From assembly GCA_001782165.1 (NCBI GenBank), contig MFNV01000008.1:1-54400 (forward strand): 54,400 nt of DNA, written 5' to 3'. The position numbers were made by a program, and so were the translations under genes. Shown here piece after piece: positions 15,135 to 25,207 of this stretch. Numbering within the stretch: the stretch's first letter is position 1; each line of letters opens with the position of its first letter. The notes beneath the pieces were generated by a model. That model worked only from the letters and a program-made list of their open reading frames with translations. It did no database searches and was not told the DNA's origin. The DNA comes from Candidatus Levybacteria bacterium RIFCSPHIGHO2_01_FULL_41_15 (GTDB lineage: Bacteria > Patescibacteriota > Microgenomatia > Levybacterales > UBA12049).

Positions 15135-16439
15135 ATGGGAAGAGGTCCAGAGTATTTGGCAGAAAGAGATCAAGAGCTAGAAGAAAGACAAGCAAGAAGA
15201 GTAGTTGTTACTGGAATGGGAACGGTTAACCCACTCGGTTTAAGTGTTCCGGATTTTTGGAAAAATTTAATTGCTGGAAGATCAGGTCTATCAAACATAG
15301 AGCTCCCCTTTACAAACGTGAAAGTTGCAGGAATTGTGCGTGATTTTAAGCCGGAGGTAGTGCTTTCCGGCCTTGTTCCTCTTAAACATTTAAAGAGACT
15401 TTCGCGCCCAGTACAATTTGCAGTCGCCGCAGTCAAAGAGGCTCTCTTACAAGCAGGACTTTTGGATGAATTCCGAAAAATATCAGAAAAGATAGATCTT
15501 ACTCGGTTTGGAACAATCATAGGAACAGGAATTGGAGGAGCTGTCGATATTATAGACGCTAAAGATAAACTTGATAGGGGAGAAGAAGATGTTAAGCCTT
15601 CAGATCTTTTCCGTTCTGAACCCGAAAGAGTAGCAACTGCTGTAAGTATGATCTTTGGTCTTAAAGGGCCGGTACAAGCACCAGCTGCTGCATGTGCTTC
15701 CGGAAATGTGGCCGCAACAAACGGATTTAATGAAATTTATCTTGGAAATGCAGATATAATGGTTGTTGGAGGAAGCGAATCTTGCATACATGGTGTTACT
15801 CTTGCGTTATTTGAGTCGGCAACCGCGCTATCGCTTCAGACCGATCCTAGAAAAGCAAGCAGGCCATTTGATAATGCACGCAGTGGATTTGTGATGAGCC
15901 AGGGGGCAGGGGTATATGTTCTTGAATCTCTTGAGCATGCTAAGAGACGTGGCGCAAGAATATATGCCGAATTTGTAGGTTATGGAAATACTGGCGATGC
16001 TCACCATGATACCGTACCAAGCGAAGAGGGACAAAGAAGGGCATTAAGACTTGCAATGAAAAAAGTAAAAATTCCCAATCATCAAAGAATCTATGTAAAT
16101 GCCCACGGTACTGGTACTAGATCTGGTGATCCAGTAGAAATCTCTGCGATAAGAAGGGAACTGCCCGATAAAGAAATTGATGTTAGTTCTTCAAAAAGCG
16201 AAATAGGGCATACTATGGGAGCAGCCGGAGCGATTGAGTCAATTGTCTGTATACAAGCACTTAATGAAGAGATTCTTCCGCCGACTATTAATCTTAGTGA
16301 TCCAATCTCAGAGGCAGAAGGAGTAAATCTCATTCCTCATGAAGCTCAGCTTGCAAACGGAGTTGAGGTTGCCGTAAATGATTCTTTTGGTTTTGGTGGA
16401 ATAAATAGTGTTTTAGTATTCAAGAGGTTTGAAGAATAA
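15135..16439 (+). CDS. fabF: Beta-ketoacyl-ACP synthase II family (KAS II)
   Basis: VVVTGMG, AACASG (catalytic Cys), SRPFD..R.GFV, DAHH, NAHGTGT, KSEIGH, NDSFGFGG. Confidence 0.93.
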   Translation: MGRGPEYLAERDQELEERQARRVVVTGMGTVNPLGLSVPDFWKNLIAGRSGLSNIELPFTNVKVAGIVRDFKPEVVLSGLVPLKHLKRLSRPVQFAVAAVKEALLQAGLLDEFRKISEKIDLTRFGTIIGTGIGGAVDIIDAKDKLDRGEEDVKPSDLFRSEPERVATAVSMIFGLKGPVQAPAAACASGNVAATNGFNEIYLGNADIMVVGGSESCIHGVTLALFESATALSLQTDPRKASRPFDNARSGFVMSQGAGVYVLESLEHAKRRGARIYAEFVGYGNTGDAHHDTVPSEEGQRRALRLAMKKVKIPNHQRIYVNAHGTGTRSGDPVEISAIRRELPDKEIDVSSSKSEIGHTMGAAGAIESIVCIQALNEEILPPTINLSDPISEAEGVNLIPHEAQLANGVEVAVNDSFGFGGINSVLVFKRFEE

Positions 16440-16649
16440 TTTGACTTTTTGATAAATTCTTCCTACATTAAAATTAGTAGATAAGCTTCTTGAATCTTTC
16501 CAGGAGAAAAGTACCTCGCCAAGTAATAAAGCGAATCAAAAATCCACTCAAAACAACTCGTTCTCTCAAAATTTATCGACCAGATCTTCGACATCACCAA
16601 TCCGAACTATTCTGGGTCCGCAACAAAATACAACTTGGAGAATCTAGGG

Positions 16650-17480
16650 CTAATTTGTTTGTTCGCAGATCTTTGTTAAAATAGCCTCTAATAATTTTGT
16701 TGCTTGGTCTCCTGTTTGCGCTTCATAATAATTTTCAGGTCTTGAAGCAATGCTTTTTAGGAGTTCTGCTAATTTTGGTTCGCTTGCTTCTCCTGAGGTA
16801 AATATCCCAAGAGTATAAACATTTACTCTTAAATTTTTAATTTCATCCGCCGGATTTGGATTGAAAAGTCTTGGGTCTTGAGAGGGCGGCACAGGTTGTC
16901 CATCTGAAATAAGAATAAAATTAAATTGTCTTCCTGGGAATTTAGGAATTGCTTCCTTAAGCCTGTCCAGAGAAAATGCAAGGGCATCGTGTGTTGGAGT
17001 TTGCCCACCAGCGTTTAATGCGTTTACTTTTGAAGAAATAATTCCCTTAACATCTTTATAATAAGAAATTGGGACATCATCAGTTATGCTTTCGCTGCTA
17101 AATGACTGAATACCAACGACCGACTGATCGCTTAATTGTCCGGTTAAAACAAGGACTGCTTCTTTAAGCCTTGCTATTTTTGTTTGACCAGTTGGAGTGC
17201 GTTCTCCCATGGATCCGGTTCTATCAAGAAGAAGGTCTACGTTTGTTTGTCCCAGGCATTTTTTAAATTTTATAGTTTTAAGCTGAAGAGAGTTGTGACT
17301 GTCAAGCGGTATCCCCGTTATGGCAGTGAATTTTTCTGCATTTGGATCTGTCTTGGAAAGTTTTGGGAATATCCCGCCGACTATAAAAATACTGGCAACA
17401 AATATGATTAAAAGAATTATTATTTCAATTCCGCCCCTTGAATCTTTGAATAAATTAAGCTTTCTCTTTTGCTTTTGCAT
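16650..17480 (-). CDS. vWA-domain protein with N-terminal TM / pilin-like leader
   Basis: KDSRGGIEIIILLIIF leader; MIDAS DRTGSM; GGQTPT..AL; ILISDG; VYTLG. Confidence 0.8.
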   Translation of the reverse strand: MQKQKRKLNLFKDSRGGIEIIILLIIFVASIFIVGGIFPKLSKTDPNAEKFTAITGIPLDSHNSLQLKTIKFKKCLGQTNVDLLLDRTGSMGERTPTGQTKIARLKEAVLVLTGQLSDQSVVGIQSFSSESITDDVPISYYKDVKGIISSKVNALNAGGQTPTHDALAFSLDRLKEAIPKFPGRQFNFILISDGQPVPPSQDPRLFNPNPADEIKNLRVNVYTLGIFTSGEASEPKLAELLKSIASRPENYYEAQTGDQATKLLEAILTKICEQTN

Positions 17481-17571
17481 CGCTACATACTAATTCTAGG
17501 GGTAGCTTACAGAATAAGTCAAGAAATTTGATTGTTGTTTTTTTGCCTAAATTTTGCTATTCTTAAAAATA

Positions 17572-17648
17572 TCACGCACACTCTATTTTATTAATCCTGA
17601 TTTTACCTGATTTTAAAAGTATAGGGTGGAGGCTAGAAGGATTAAATT
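17572..17648 (+). promoter_or_regulatory. rpsB (S2) leader RNA, t44-like
   Basis: CACGCACAC...GGGTGGAGGC with pairings CACTCTAT/ATAGGGTG and TAATCCT/AGGATTA directly upstream of rpsB. Confidence 0.5.
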
Positions 17649-18524
17649 ATGCAGGAAATTACACTTGAAGAGCTTCTTGAGGCCGGATGCCACTTCGGCC
17701 ATCAAGTAACACGCGGAAACCCCAAGGCAAGAGATTACATCTTCGAAGCTAGGGATAATATCCATATAATTGATTTGGAGAAAACCAAGAAAGGCCTTGA
17801 GGAGGCAGGAAGATTAATTTATGAACTTTCGAAACGGAATGGATCCTTACTTGTTTTGGGCACCAAAAGACAAGCGCAAGGAATAGTTGAAGAAGAAATA
17901 AAAAGAGCAAAACAACAGGTCTCAAGCAAAATTACAAACAGGATTTTCTATGTGACGAATAGATGGATTGGAGGGACTTTTACAAATTTTTCAGAAGTTG
18001 CAAAAAACTTCAAGAAGCTTAAAGATTTAACTCAAAAACTTTCAGATGAGGAGGAAAAAGCAAAATATACAAAAAAAGAGGTCGGGCTTTGGCAAAAAGA
18101 AAGGCAAAAACTTGAGCTGCTTTATGGAGGAATAGCCGATCTTGATAAAATTCCGGATGCAATTTATATAATAGATTCACATTTGGAGAATCTGGCTGTT
18201 TTGGAAGCAAGGAAAATGGGGGTTACGACTCTTGGGATTACCGATACAAATGCGGATCCTGAAATAATCGATTATCCGATTCCTGCCAACGATGATGCAA
18301 CAGGATCGATAAAAATAATTACAAAATATATAATAGATGCATGGATTGAGGGAAGACAAGACTCAGTTAAAAGTGAAAAAATAAAAGTTAAAAATGGTAA
18401 AGGAGGGTCAGAGAGTCAAAGTTCAAAAGATTCAAAGATAAACCCCACTTCGCGTAAAGCTTCGCGGGGCAAGGGAAAGGAGGCAAGTGGTAAAGGCAAG
18501 ACTCGAACTTCTAAAAAAACTTAG
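17649..18524 (+). CDS. rpsB: 30S ribosomal protein S2, with repeat-derived C-terminal tail
   Basis: LLEAGCHFGH, VGTK-like LGTKRQ, RWIGGTFTNF, DTNADP, PANDD. Confidence 0.97.
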   Translation: MQEITLEELLEAGCHFGHQVTRGNPKARDYIFEARDNIHIIDLEKTKKGLEEAGRLIYELSKRNGSLLVLGTKRQAQGIVEEEIKRAKQQVSSKITNRIFYVTNRWIGGTFTNFSEVAKNFKKLKDLTQKLSDEEEKAKYTKKEVGLWQKERQKLELLYGGIADLDKIPDAIYIIDSHLENLAVLEARKMGVTTLGITDTNADPEIIDYPIPANDDATGSIKIITKYIIDAWIEGRQDSVKSEKIKVKNGKGGSESQSSKDSKINPTSRKASRGKGKEASGKGKTRTSKKT

Positions 18525-18954
18525 AAGGCAAACTCATGCATCAGTCTCTGATATAAGAAAGGCTTTGGAGGAGTCAGACAATGACTCCAGCAAGGCTCTT
18601 ACGTGGCTTAAAAAACACGGTCGTAAAAAAGCTTTAAGAAAGGAAGGACGGGAAACTTCACAGGGGCTTATTAATGCTTATATTCATCAAAACGGAAAAG
18701 TTGGTGCAATGGTGGAGCTTTTGTGCGAGACGGATTTTGTTGCCAGAACAAGTGAATTTAAAAATCTTGCACACGAACTTGCCATGCAGGTTGCCGCGAT
18801 GTCGCCAAAAGATGTAGATTCACTTTTAAAACAAGAATATATTCGCGATCCTTCAATGAAAGTTTCGGAGTTAATAAAACAGGCCATATCAAAATTAGGA
18901 GAAAATATAGTGGTGAAAAGATTCACAAGGTACAATTTAGATTCGAACAGGTAA
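18487..18954 (+). CDS. tsf: Elongation factor Ts, short form
   Basis: KKLR..T..S..D..KAL, ELLCETDFVA, LGENIVVKRF. Confidence 0.93.
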   Translation: MVKARLELLKKLRRQTHASVSDIRKALEESDNDSSKALTWLKKHGRKKALRKEGRETSQGLINAYIHQNGKVGAMVELLCETDFVARTSEFKNLAHELAMQVAAMSPKDVDSLLKQEYIRDPSMKVSELIKQAISKLGENIVVKRFTRYNLDSNR

Positions 18955-18962
18955 ATACTCGT

Positions 18963-19517
18963 ATGGATTTGGATATAGTTAAGCAGAGAATGCAAAAGAT
19001 TCTTGAAATGCTGCGATCCGATTTGGCCACTGTGAGAACCGGTCGCGCCGCTCCATCACTTATTGAAGGTATTGTAATTAATGCTTATGGCGGTACACAG
19101 AAATTAAGACTCATGGAGCTTGCCACTATCGCAGCTTCGGATCCTCAGACGCTTGTCATAACCCCGTTTGATCAGTCGATCATAGGAGAGATACAAAAGG
19201 GTATACAGGAGGCAAATGTGGGTCTTAGTCCTGTAATAGATGGGGAACTAGTAAGGATTACAATTCCCCATCTTTCAGAAGAAAGACGGCAGGAACTTAT
19301 TCATTTGATGCGGCAAAAACTTGAGAATGGAAAAATAATGGTGCGACAAGTAAGGCACGAGGCAATGGCAGAGATAAAAAAACAAAAGGCACAAAAAATA
19401 ATTTCAGAGGATGAGGTGTCCCGTCTTGAGAAGGAAGTCCAAAAAGTAACGGACGAGATGATTACGGATATCGATTTGGTAGGAGAGAAAAAGGAAGAGG
19501 AACTCCTTTCAATTTAG
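18963..19517 (+). CDS. frr: Ribosome recycling factor
   Basis: VRTGRAAP, AYG, LSEERRQEL, VRQVR. Confidence 0.97.
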   Translation: MDLDIVKQRMQKILEMLRSDLATVRTGRAAPSLIEGIVINAYGGTQKLRLMELATIAASDPQTLVITPFDQSIIGEIQKGIQEANVGLSPVIDGELVRITIPHLSEERRQELIHLMRQKLENGKIMVRQVRHEAMAEIKKQKAQKIISEDEVSRLEKEVQKVTDEMITDIDLVGEKKEEELLSI

Positions 19518-19608
19518 AATTCAGAATCTAGAATTCAGAATTTTAATATTAAATTTTAACTCACTTTTTAATTAATTCTGAACTCTGAATTATAAACTCT
19601 AAATTCTT
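19518..19608. repeat. Inverted heptamer array (GAATTCA left arm, TGAACTC right arm)
   Basis: AGAATTCAGAATCTAGAATTCAGAATT...AATTCTGAACTCTGAATT, ending at the rseP ATG. Confidence 0.75.
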
Positions 19609-20721
19609 ATGGTTTTAACTATTTTAGTTTTTTTACTAATTCTAACAGTTCTCGTTCTAATCCATGAGGCGGGACATTTTTTTGTTGCAAAAAAGCTGGG
19701 AATAAAAGTTGAAGAATTTGGCTTTGGTCTTCCACCGAGAGTTTTTGGGATCAAAAAAGGGGAAACCATTTATTCCATAAACTGGCTTCCGATCGGAGGA
19801 TTTGTAAAGCTATATGGGGAAGATTCCGCAGGAAGCGGAAAAATCACAAATTCAAAATTACAAATTCCAAAAAAAGATGAAAGTCGGGCGTTTTTTGCGC
19901 GGCCTGTTTGGCAAAGAGGACTTGTTGTAATAGCAGGAGTTGTAATGAACTTCTTGCTTGCTGTTCTGATAATCACTTACTTTTTTGGAGTTTCGGGAGT
20001 ACAAGTTCCGGGAGATAGGGTTCTTGTAACGGATGTTGTTAAAGATTCGCCCGCACACGTGGGAGGACTTAAAAAGGCAGATCAAATAGTTTCTGTCAAT
20101 GATATTAAAATAAAAAATTCTACCCAGCTTGTTACGATAACCAAACAACATTTGGGAGAAAAAGTAAAGCTTAAGATTATAAGAGAGAAAGAACAAAAGA
20201 GCATAGAGATTATTCCGAGGAAAACTTATCCTTCAAATGAGGGGCCAATGGGTGTTTCAATATCATCAAATGTGATTACTCAAAAATATCCGTTATGGGA
20301 GGCGCCTTTTGTAGGTCTTTGGGAGGCTCTTAAATTTTCATGGCTGATTGTTGCGGGTCTTGCCGGAGTTTTCTATCAAATTTTAACCTCAGCACAAGTT
20401 CCCAAAGGAGTTGCAGGGCCGGTCGGTATAGCACAACTTACAGGGCAGTTTGTAGCCATCGGACCCTTGGCGGTTCTGTCTTTTGTCTCTCTTCTCTCCT
20501 TAAATCTTGCAATTTTAAATATTCTGCCAATTCCTGCTCTTGATGGAGGAAGGCTCTTTTTTATACTTATAGAGGCCATAACGGGGAAAAAAGTTTCATC
20601 AAAATTTGAAAGTATGGCTCATGCAATAGGAATGGCCATACTTCTTGCGCTTATTGCTTTTATAACCTTAAGTGATATTATTCGATTAATATCCGGTCAA
20701 CCAATTCTCCCAAAACCATAA
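19609..20721 (+). CDS. rseP: Site-2 membrane zinc metalloprotease with PDZ domain
   Basis: HEAGH, PIGGFV, AGVVMN, NILPIPALDGG. Confidence 0.95.
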   Translation: MVLTILVFLLILTVLVLIHEAGHFFVAKKLGIKVEEFGFGLPPRVFGIKKGETIYSINWLPIGGFVKLYGEDSAGSGKITNSKLQIPKKDESRAFFARPVWQRGLVVIAGVVMNFLLAVLIITYFFGVSGVQVPGDRVLVTDVVKDSPAHVGGLKKADQIVSVNDIKIKNSTQLVTITKQHLGEKVKLKIIREKEQKSIEIIPRKTYPSNEGPMGVSISSNVITQKYPLWEAPFVGLWEALKFSWLIVAGLAGVFYQILTSAQVPKGVAGPVGIAQLTGQFVAIGPLAVLSFVSLLSLNLAILNILPIPALDGGRLFFILIEAITGKKVSSKFESMAHAIGMAILLALIAFITLSDIIRLISGQPILPKP

Positions 20722-20748
20722 AATAAATTTAAAATTCAAAATTGCAAA

Positions 20749-21498
20749 ATGCAAAATTATCTTTCGACCCTGAGCTCAAGACCGAAGGGCAGCTCAAACG
20801 TAAAAAATAAAGATGGGATTTCAGTACTTAAAGTTTACAGCTCAACCTCAGGGGTTGAGCTTGCAAAAAGGGAGATATATAAAATTGTTGATGAAAGAAC
20901 GGCTCTTTTTTTATCCGGCGGATCCACCCCAAAACCTCTTTATCAAATTTTAGCAAAAGAAGGGAAACTCAAAGTCGGGGCAGTTGCAATGGTGGATGAA
21001 AGGTTTGGCCCGTCGTTTCATCAAAACAGTAATGAAAAAATGATTAAGGATACCGGACTTTTGTCATACCTTGAATCGAGAGATATTCCCCTTTACGGAA
21101 TTCTTAAAAATAAGTCGTTGGGAAAGACAGCGAGAGATTATGACAGTAAAGTTCGAAAGCTTTTAAATCAATTCCCCAAAAGCATTGCGATTTTAGGAAT
21201 AGGGGAGGATGGACACACCGCCAGCCTTCGGGCTGGAATTCAAAACTCAAAAGTTAAAAGTCAAAAGCTTGCAATAAGCATTAAGGATTTTCCGGGGGAG
21301 TTTAGGGAAAGAATAACATTAACCTTCCACGCGCTTTCTCAAATGGATTTATTAATAGTCTTGGTTTTTGGGAAAGAGAAGAGAAAAGCATTAAATCTTA
21401 TGTTTTCAGGAGGTCCGATTGGGGAAATTCCGGCAAGATTTCTGAATACCCCCAAAGTTTTAAAAAAGACTATTTTAATAACAGACCAAAGGGTATAA
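20749..21498 (+). CDS. pgl: 6-phosphogluconolactonase
   Basis: LSGGSTP, MVDER, SN..MI, LGIGEDGHTAS, RITLT, K; adjacent to zwf. Confidence 0.85.
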   Translation: MQNYLSTLSSRPKGSSNVKNKDGISVLKVYSSTSGVELAKREIYKIVDERTALFLSGGSTPKPLYQILAKEGKLKVGAVAMVDERFGPSFHQNSNEKMIKDTGLLSYLESRDIPLYGILKNKSLGKTARDYDSKVRKLLNQFPKSIAILGIGEDGHTASLRAGIQNSKVKSQKLAISIKDFPGEFRERITLTFHALSQMDLLIVLVFGKEKRKALNLMFSGGPIGEIPARFLNTPKVLKKTILITDQRV

Positions 21499-21675
21499 AA
21501 TAAATTACAAGCACAAAATTGCAAATCCTAAATGGTTCGACAAGCTCACTATCCTGAGTAGCGTCGAAGGATACATTCAAAATTTTAAATTCTAATATCA
21601 AAACAATTTTGAATTTTGAGCATTTGAAATTAAATATTACTTAGGATTTGGTGCTTCGAATTTAGAAATTTAATT
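21499..21675. repeat. Composite intergenic element with palindromic core
   Basis: Core 21528-21573; right arm ATTTGGTGCTTCGAATTTAG abutting the zwf ATG. Confidence 0.9.
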
Positions 21676-23106
21676 ATGAATTCTCCTTTTGTAATGATTA
21701 TTTTCGGTGGGACAGGAGATCTTGCCCAGAATAAACTGATTCCTGCCCTTTTTTCACTTTTCAACCAAAATTTTCTGCCAAAAGATTTTTTTATAATAGG
21801 TTTTTCAAGAAGAGATTATAACGACGATGAATTCAGAGATTTCTTCAAAGAACTTTCGGAAAAACCCAACTGGAGAGAATTCTCCAATCATTTATATTAT
21901 CAAAAGGGAGATTTTACAAAAGAAGAAGGATATAAAGAGCTTATTGAGAAACTCAACGCTTTTGATAAAAAAATGGGTGCTTGCATTACCCGATTTTTTT
22001 ACTTGGCTACTCCTCCTGAAAACTATGAAGCAATTCTAGATTATCTTCAGTCAACAGAGCTTGCCGAGGGCTGCGGTCAAGGCTCAAACAAATGGACACG
22101 GTTAATAATCGAGAAACCTTTTGGCAAGGATTTGGAAACGGCAATTTCCCTTGATAAAAAACTTTCCAAAATATTTGAAGAAAAACAGATTTTCCGTGTC
22201 GATCACTATTTAGGCAAAGAGACTGTCCAAAATATGCTTGCCTTCCGCTTTGCAAATGGAATTTTTGAGCCTGTTTGGAATAAGAATTTTATAGACCATG
22301 TGCAGATTACATTTTCGGAGAAAAAGGGGATCGAAGAAAGAGGGCAGTTTTTTGACGGAGTTGGGATTTTGCGTGATGTAGGACAAAACCATCTCATGCA
22401 ACTAATAGCAGGTGTCGGAATGGAGATGCCACGAAGTTTTACAAAGGAAGATCTTCGGGATGCAAGAGCAAATGTCATAAAGGCGATAAGATGCATAGAA
22501 CCTGATGAAGTTTCAGGACTTGTTGTCCGCGGCCAATACGAAGATTATAAAGATGAAAAAAATGTTTCCTCAGACTCTCAAACAGAAACATTTGCGGCTT
22601 TTAAATTTTTTATAGAAACACCCAGATTTGAAGGCGTACCCTTTTATGTAAGAGCGGGGAAGAAAATGCCCAAGGATGAGGTGACGATTTCAATAGTCTT
22701 CCTTCAGACCTGCCATATCTTATTTAAAGAATACGGATGTCCTGAGATTGGTAATGTTTTGACAATAAGAATTCAGCCTGATGAAGGAATATATCTGCGG
22801 GTCATTGCAAAAAAACCGGGCTCAAAGCTTGCTTTAGAAACTGTAAATATGCTTTTTACATATGAGGAGTCTTTTAAAACCAAAGGGCTTGAGGCATATG
22901 AAAAAATTTTGATTGATATTTTCAATGGAGATCAGATGCTTTTTAACAGAAGTGATGAGTTGGCAAACTCTTGGGATTTCATAACTAAAATTTTAAAAGG
23001 TTGGGAAAAAGAAGGAGAGAAGGGTTTAAAAACGTATAAACCTGAAACATGGGGTCCAAAAGAAGCGCAGGAGCTTATTGAAAGAGATGGGAGGAAATGG
23101 TTATAA
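21676..23106 (+). CDS. zwf: Glucose-6-phosphate 1-dehydrogenase
   Basis: IFGGTGDLA, EKPFG, RVDHYLGKE, GVPFYVRAGK. Confidence 0.97.
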   Translation: MNSPFVMIIFGGTGDLAQNKLIPALFSLFNQNFLPKDFFIIGFSRRDYNDDEFRDFFKELSEKPNWREFSNHLYYQKGDFTKEEGYKELIEKLNAFDKKMGACITRFFYLATPPENYEAILDYLQSTELAEGCGQGSNKWTRLIIEKPFGKDLETAISLDKKLSKIFEEKQIFRVDHYLGKETVQNMLAFRFANGIFEPVWNKNFIDHVQITFSEKKGIEERGQFFDGVGILRDVGQNHLMQLIAGVGMEMPRSFTKEDLRDARANVIKAIRCIEPDEVSGLVVRGQYEDYKDEKNVSSDSQTETFAAFKFFIETPRFEGVPFYVRAGKKMPKDEVTISIVFLQTCHILFKEYGCPEIGNVLTIRIQPDEGIYLRVIAKKPGSKLALETVNMLFTYEESFKTKGLEAYEKILIDIFNGDQMLFNRSDELANSWDFITKILKGWEKEGEKGLKTYKPETWGPKEAQELIERDGRKWL

Positions 23107-23243
23107 AAAAGATTTAAGACTTAAGATTTAAGAGTTATGACTAACTTTAAAAATTGTTCCATTGTTAAATTGCTGAATTGTTTATGGTAACCTTTGAGGA
23201 ATTTAATCCAGCCTTCGCTTAGAGCTACGGCGGATTTCATGCT

Positions 23244-23567
23244 ATGAATATAACGCTTGAGGAATTTAAAAGATTGGATATTAGGATAGGGGAAATTTTG
23301 AACGCTGAAAAAGTTGAGAATGCGGATAAACTTTTAAAGCTTGAAGTTGATTTTGGTGAGTTTAAAAGACAGATAGTTGCTGGTATTGCGAAGTGGCACG
23401 AACCAAAAGATTTGGTAGGAAAAAGATTGCCATTCATTATAAATCTTGAACCGCGGAATTTTAAAGGAGTCGAAAGTCAGGGAATGCTAATGGCAGTTGA
23501 TGGAGAAGAAAAACCGGTTTTGCTAGAGCCGCAAGGAGATGTAAAAGCAGGAGATAAAATAGTATGA
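23244..23567 (+). CDS. Stand-alone tRNA-binding OB-fold protein (Trbp111/CsaA/MetRS C-terminal type)
   Basis: LDIRIGEI, ADKLLKLEVDFG, RQIVAGI, NLEPR..KGVESQGM. Confidence 0.92.
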   Translation: MNITLEEFKRLDIRIGEILNAEKVENADKLLKLEVDFGEFKRQIVAGIAKWHEPKDLVGKRLPFIINLEPRNFKGVESQGMLMAVDGEEKPVLLEPQGDVKAGDKIV

Positions 23568-24574
23568 GATTGGGTTTAATTGGTTTGGGGAAAATGGGCT
23601 CGCGTATTGCTATTAAACTTCTTAAAGAGGGGTATGAGGTGGTGGTTTGGAATAGGTCAAAAGCCGTAGCAGAAAAATTCAAAATTCATTCTTCATTACA
23701 AGGTTCGACCTTGCAGAGATTAAAAGTTGCAAAAACAATAAAAGAACTAATAACGAAACTGCGAAAACCAAGAATTGTTTGGCTTATGCTTCCGGCTGGA
23801 CCCCCAACAGAAGAAATTCTTAAACAAGTATCAAAGTTTGTTGAAAAGGGGGACATTATTATTGACGGAGGAAACTCTTATTACAAGGAAACGCAAAGAA
23901 GATATAAAAGTTTCAAAAAAAAAGGTATCAAATTCTTGGGGATTGGAGTTTCTGGGGGAATTATTGCAGAAAAAACTGGTTATCCCTTGATGGTTGGCGG
24001 AGACAAATCAGCATACGATTACATTAAGCCAATTCTTAATTCACTTTCTAAACCAAAAGGAGGACATGAATATTTTGGAGAAGGTGGGGCAGGGCATTTT
24101 GTAAAGATGATCCACAACGGGATAGAGTACGGAATAATGCAAAGTTTAGGTGAAGGGTTTGAAGTTTTGGAAAAAGCTCCGTATAAACTAGATTTGTTAA
24201 AAGTTGCAAAACTTTATCAAAGAGGAACGCTTGTATCGGGTTTTATGTTGGACCGGGCAACAGAAGTTCTCTCGAAAGACTCAACACTATCTAGTATTGA
24301 GGGTTACATTGAGGAATCGGGTGAGGCAAGATGGACTATTGATCAGGCAAAAGAAGAGGGAGTTCCTGTTGAAATTATTGAAAAGTCTTTGGAATTTAGG
24401 AAAAGGTCACAAAAAGACGAAAAGATTCAAGAATCTTTTACTGCCAGAATGATCGCAGCTCTTCGAAACGCCTTCGGCGGCCACCCCGTTCGACATCCTT
24501 CGGCTCCGCTCAGGATAAAAGCTCAGGGTGAACCCGTTCGGCTGGCTCCCTCCAGAGGCGGGCAGGCAAGGTAA
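23564..24574 (+). CDS. gnd: 6-phosphogluconate dehydrogenase, decarboxylating, short-chain type; C-terminus extended by repeats
   Basis: GLIGLGKMG, IDGGNS, GVSGG, HFVKMIHNGIEYG, ALRNAFGGH. Confidence 0.96.
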   Translation: MRLGLIGLGKMGSRIAIKLLKEGYEVVVWNRSKAVAEKFKIHSSLQGSTLQRLKVAKTIKELITKLRKPRIVWLMLPAGPPTEEILKQVSKFVEKGDIIIDGGNSYYKETQRRYKSFKKKGIKFLGIGVSGGIIAEKTGYPLMVGGDKSAYDYIKPILNSLSKPKGGHEYFGEGGAGHFVKMIHNGIEYGIMQSLGEGFEVLEKAPYKLDLLKVAKLYQRGTLVSGFMLDRATEVLSKDSTLSSIEGYIEESGEARWTIDQAKEEGVPVEIIEKSLEFRKRSQKDEKIQESFTARMIAALRNAFGGHPVRHPSAPLRIKAQGEPVRLAPSRGGQAR

Positions 24575-24595
24575 GGAGCTCAAGAAAAAAAATAC

Positions 24596-25207
24596 CTAAG
24601 ACTCTCTTGTTACAAATCTTGGAATCTGTAGGATAACGTTATCAAATTTCAACATTTGATCAGCCACAGAGTCAAGAAATCTGCTTCTTGATCGTCCCTT
24701 TAATAGTCTTGCTTCGGTAAGTTCTTGATGTGTAATGTGATCTTTGACATGTTGATAATTTATAAATAATATTTCTCGGGGTTCCTCCGAAAAAATTAGA
24801 TATCTTGTGATCTCTCTTCGAGCAGCTCTAGAAAGGCAATCGGGATTGAAAAAGACTCTCCATGTATTCCCCTTTAGGTTGGTCTCTAGCCTTAAATTTA
24901 CTTCTCTTTCTTTAGATTTGTTATGAGGCTCTTGTTTTTTTGAAGAACTATCATGAATGATAACTATATCTACTGTATTTGTTTCCGGAGCAAGTGCGTC
25001 TAACTGCGCAAGAAGTCCATTTATCCGTTCGGGATCCTGAAAATCTAATGTTTCATGAAGAACTTTTCTCCTGGGGTCCTCATAGACACAGGTCACTGAT
25101 CTGTTGCTTTGTTCTCTTTGAGCTTGAATTATTCTCAATAAATCAAGTGCAGAAGGGTTAAGCACTCTGATTTGCGAAATTTTATCTGCCTCAGGACCTC
25201 TTCCCAT
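24596..25207 (-). CDS. Hypothetical protein (203 aa)
   Basis: ATG start with TATAAT 11 nt upstream; no recognised motif. Confidence 0.7.
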   Translation of the reverse strand: MGRGPEADKISQIRVLNPSALDLLRIIQAQREQSNRSVTCVYEDPRRKVLHETLDFQDPERINGLLAQLDALAPETNTVDIVIIHDSSSKKQEPHNKSKEREVNLRLETNLKGNTWRVFFNPDCLSRAARREITRYLIFSEEPREILFINYQHVKDHITHQELTEARLLKGRSRSRFLDSVADQMLKFDNVILQIPRFVTRES

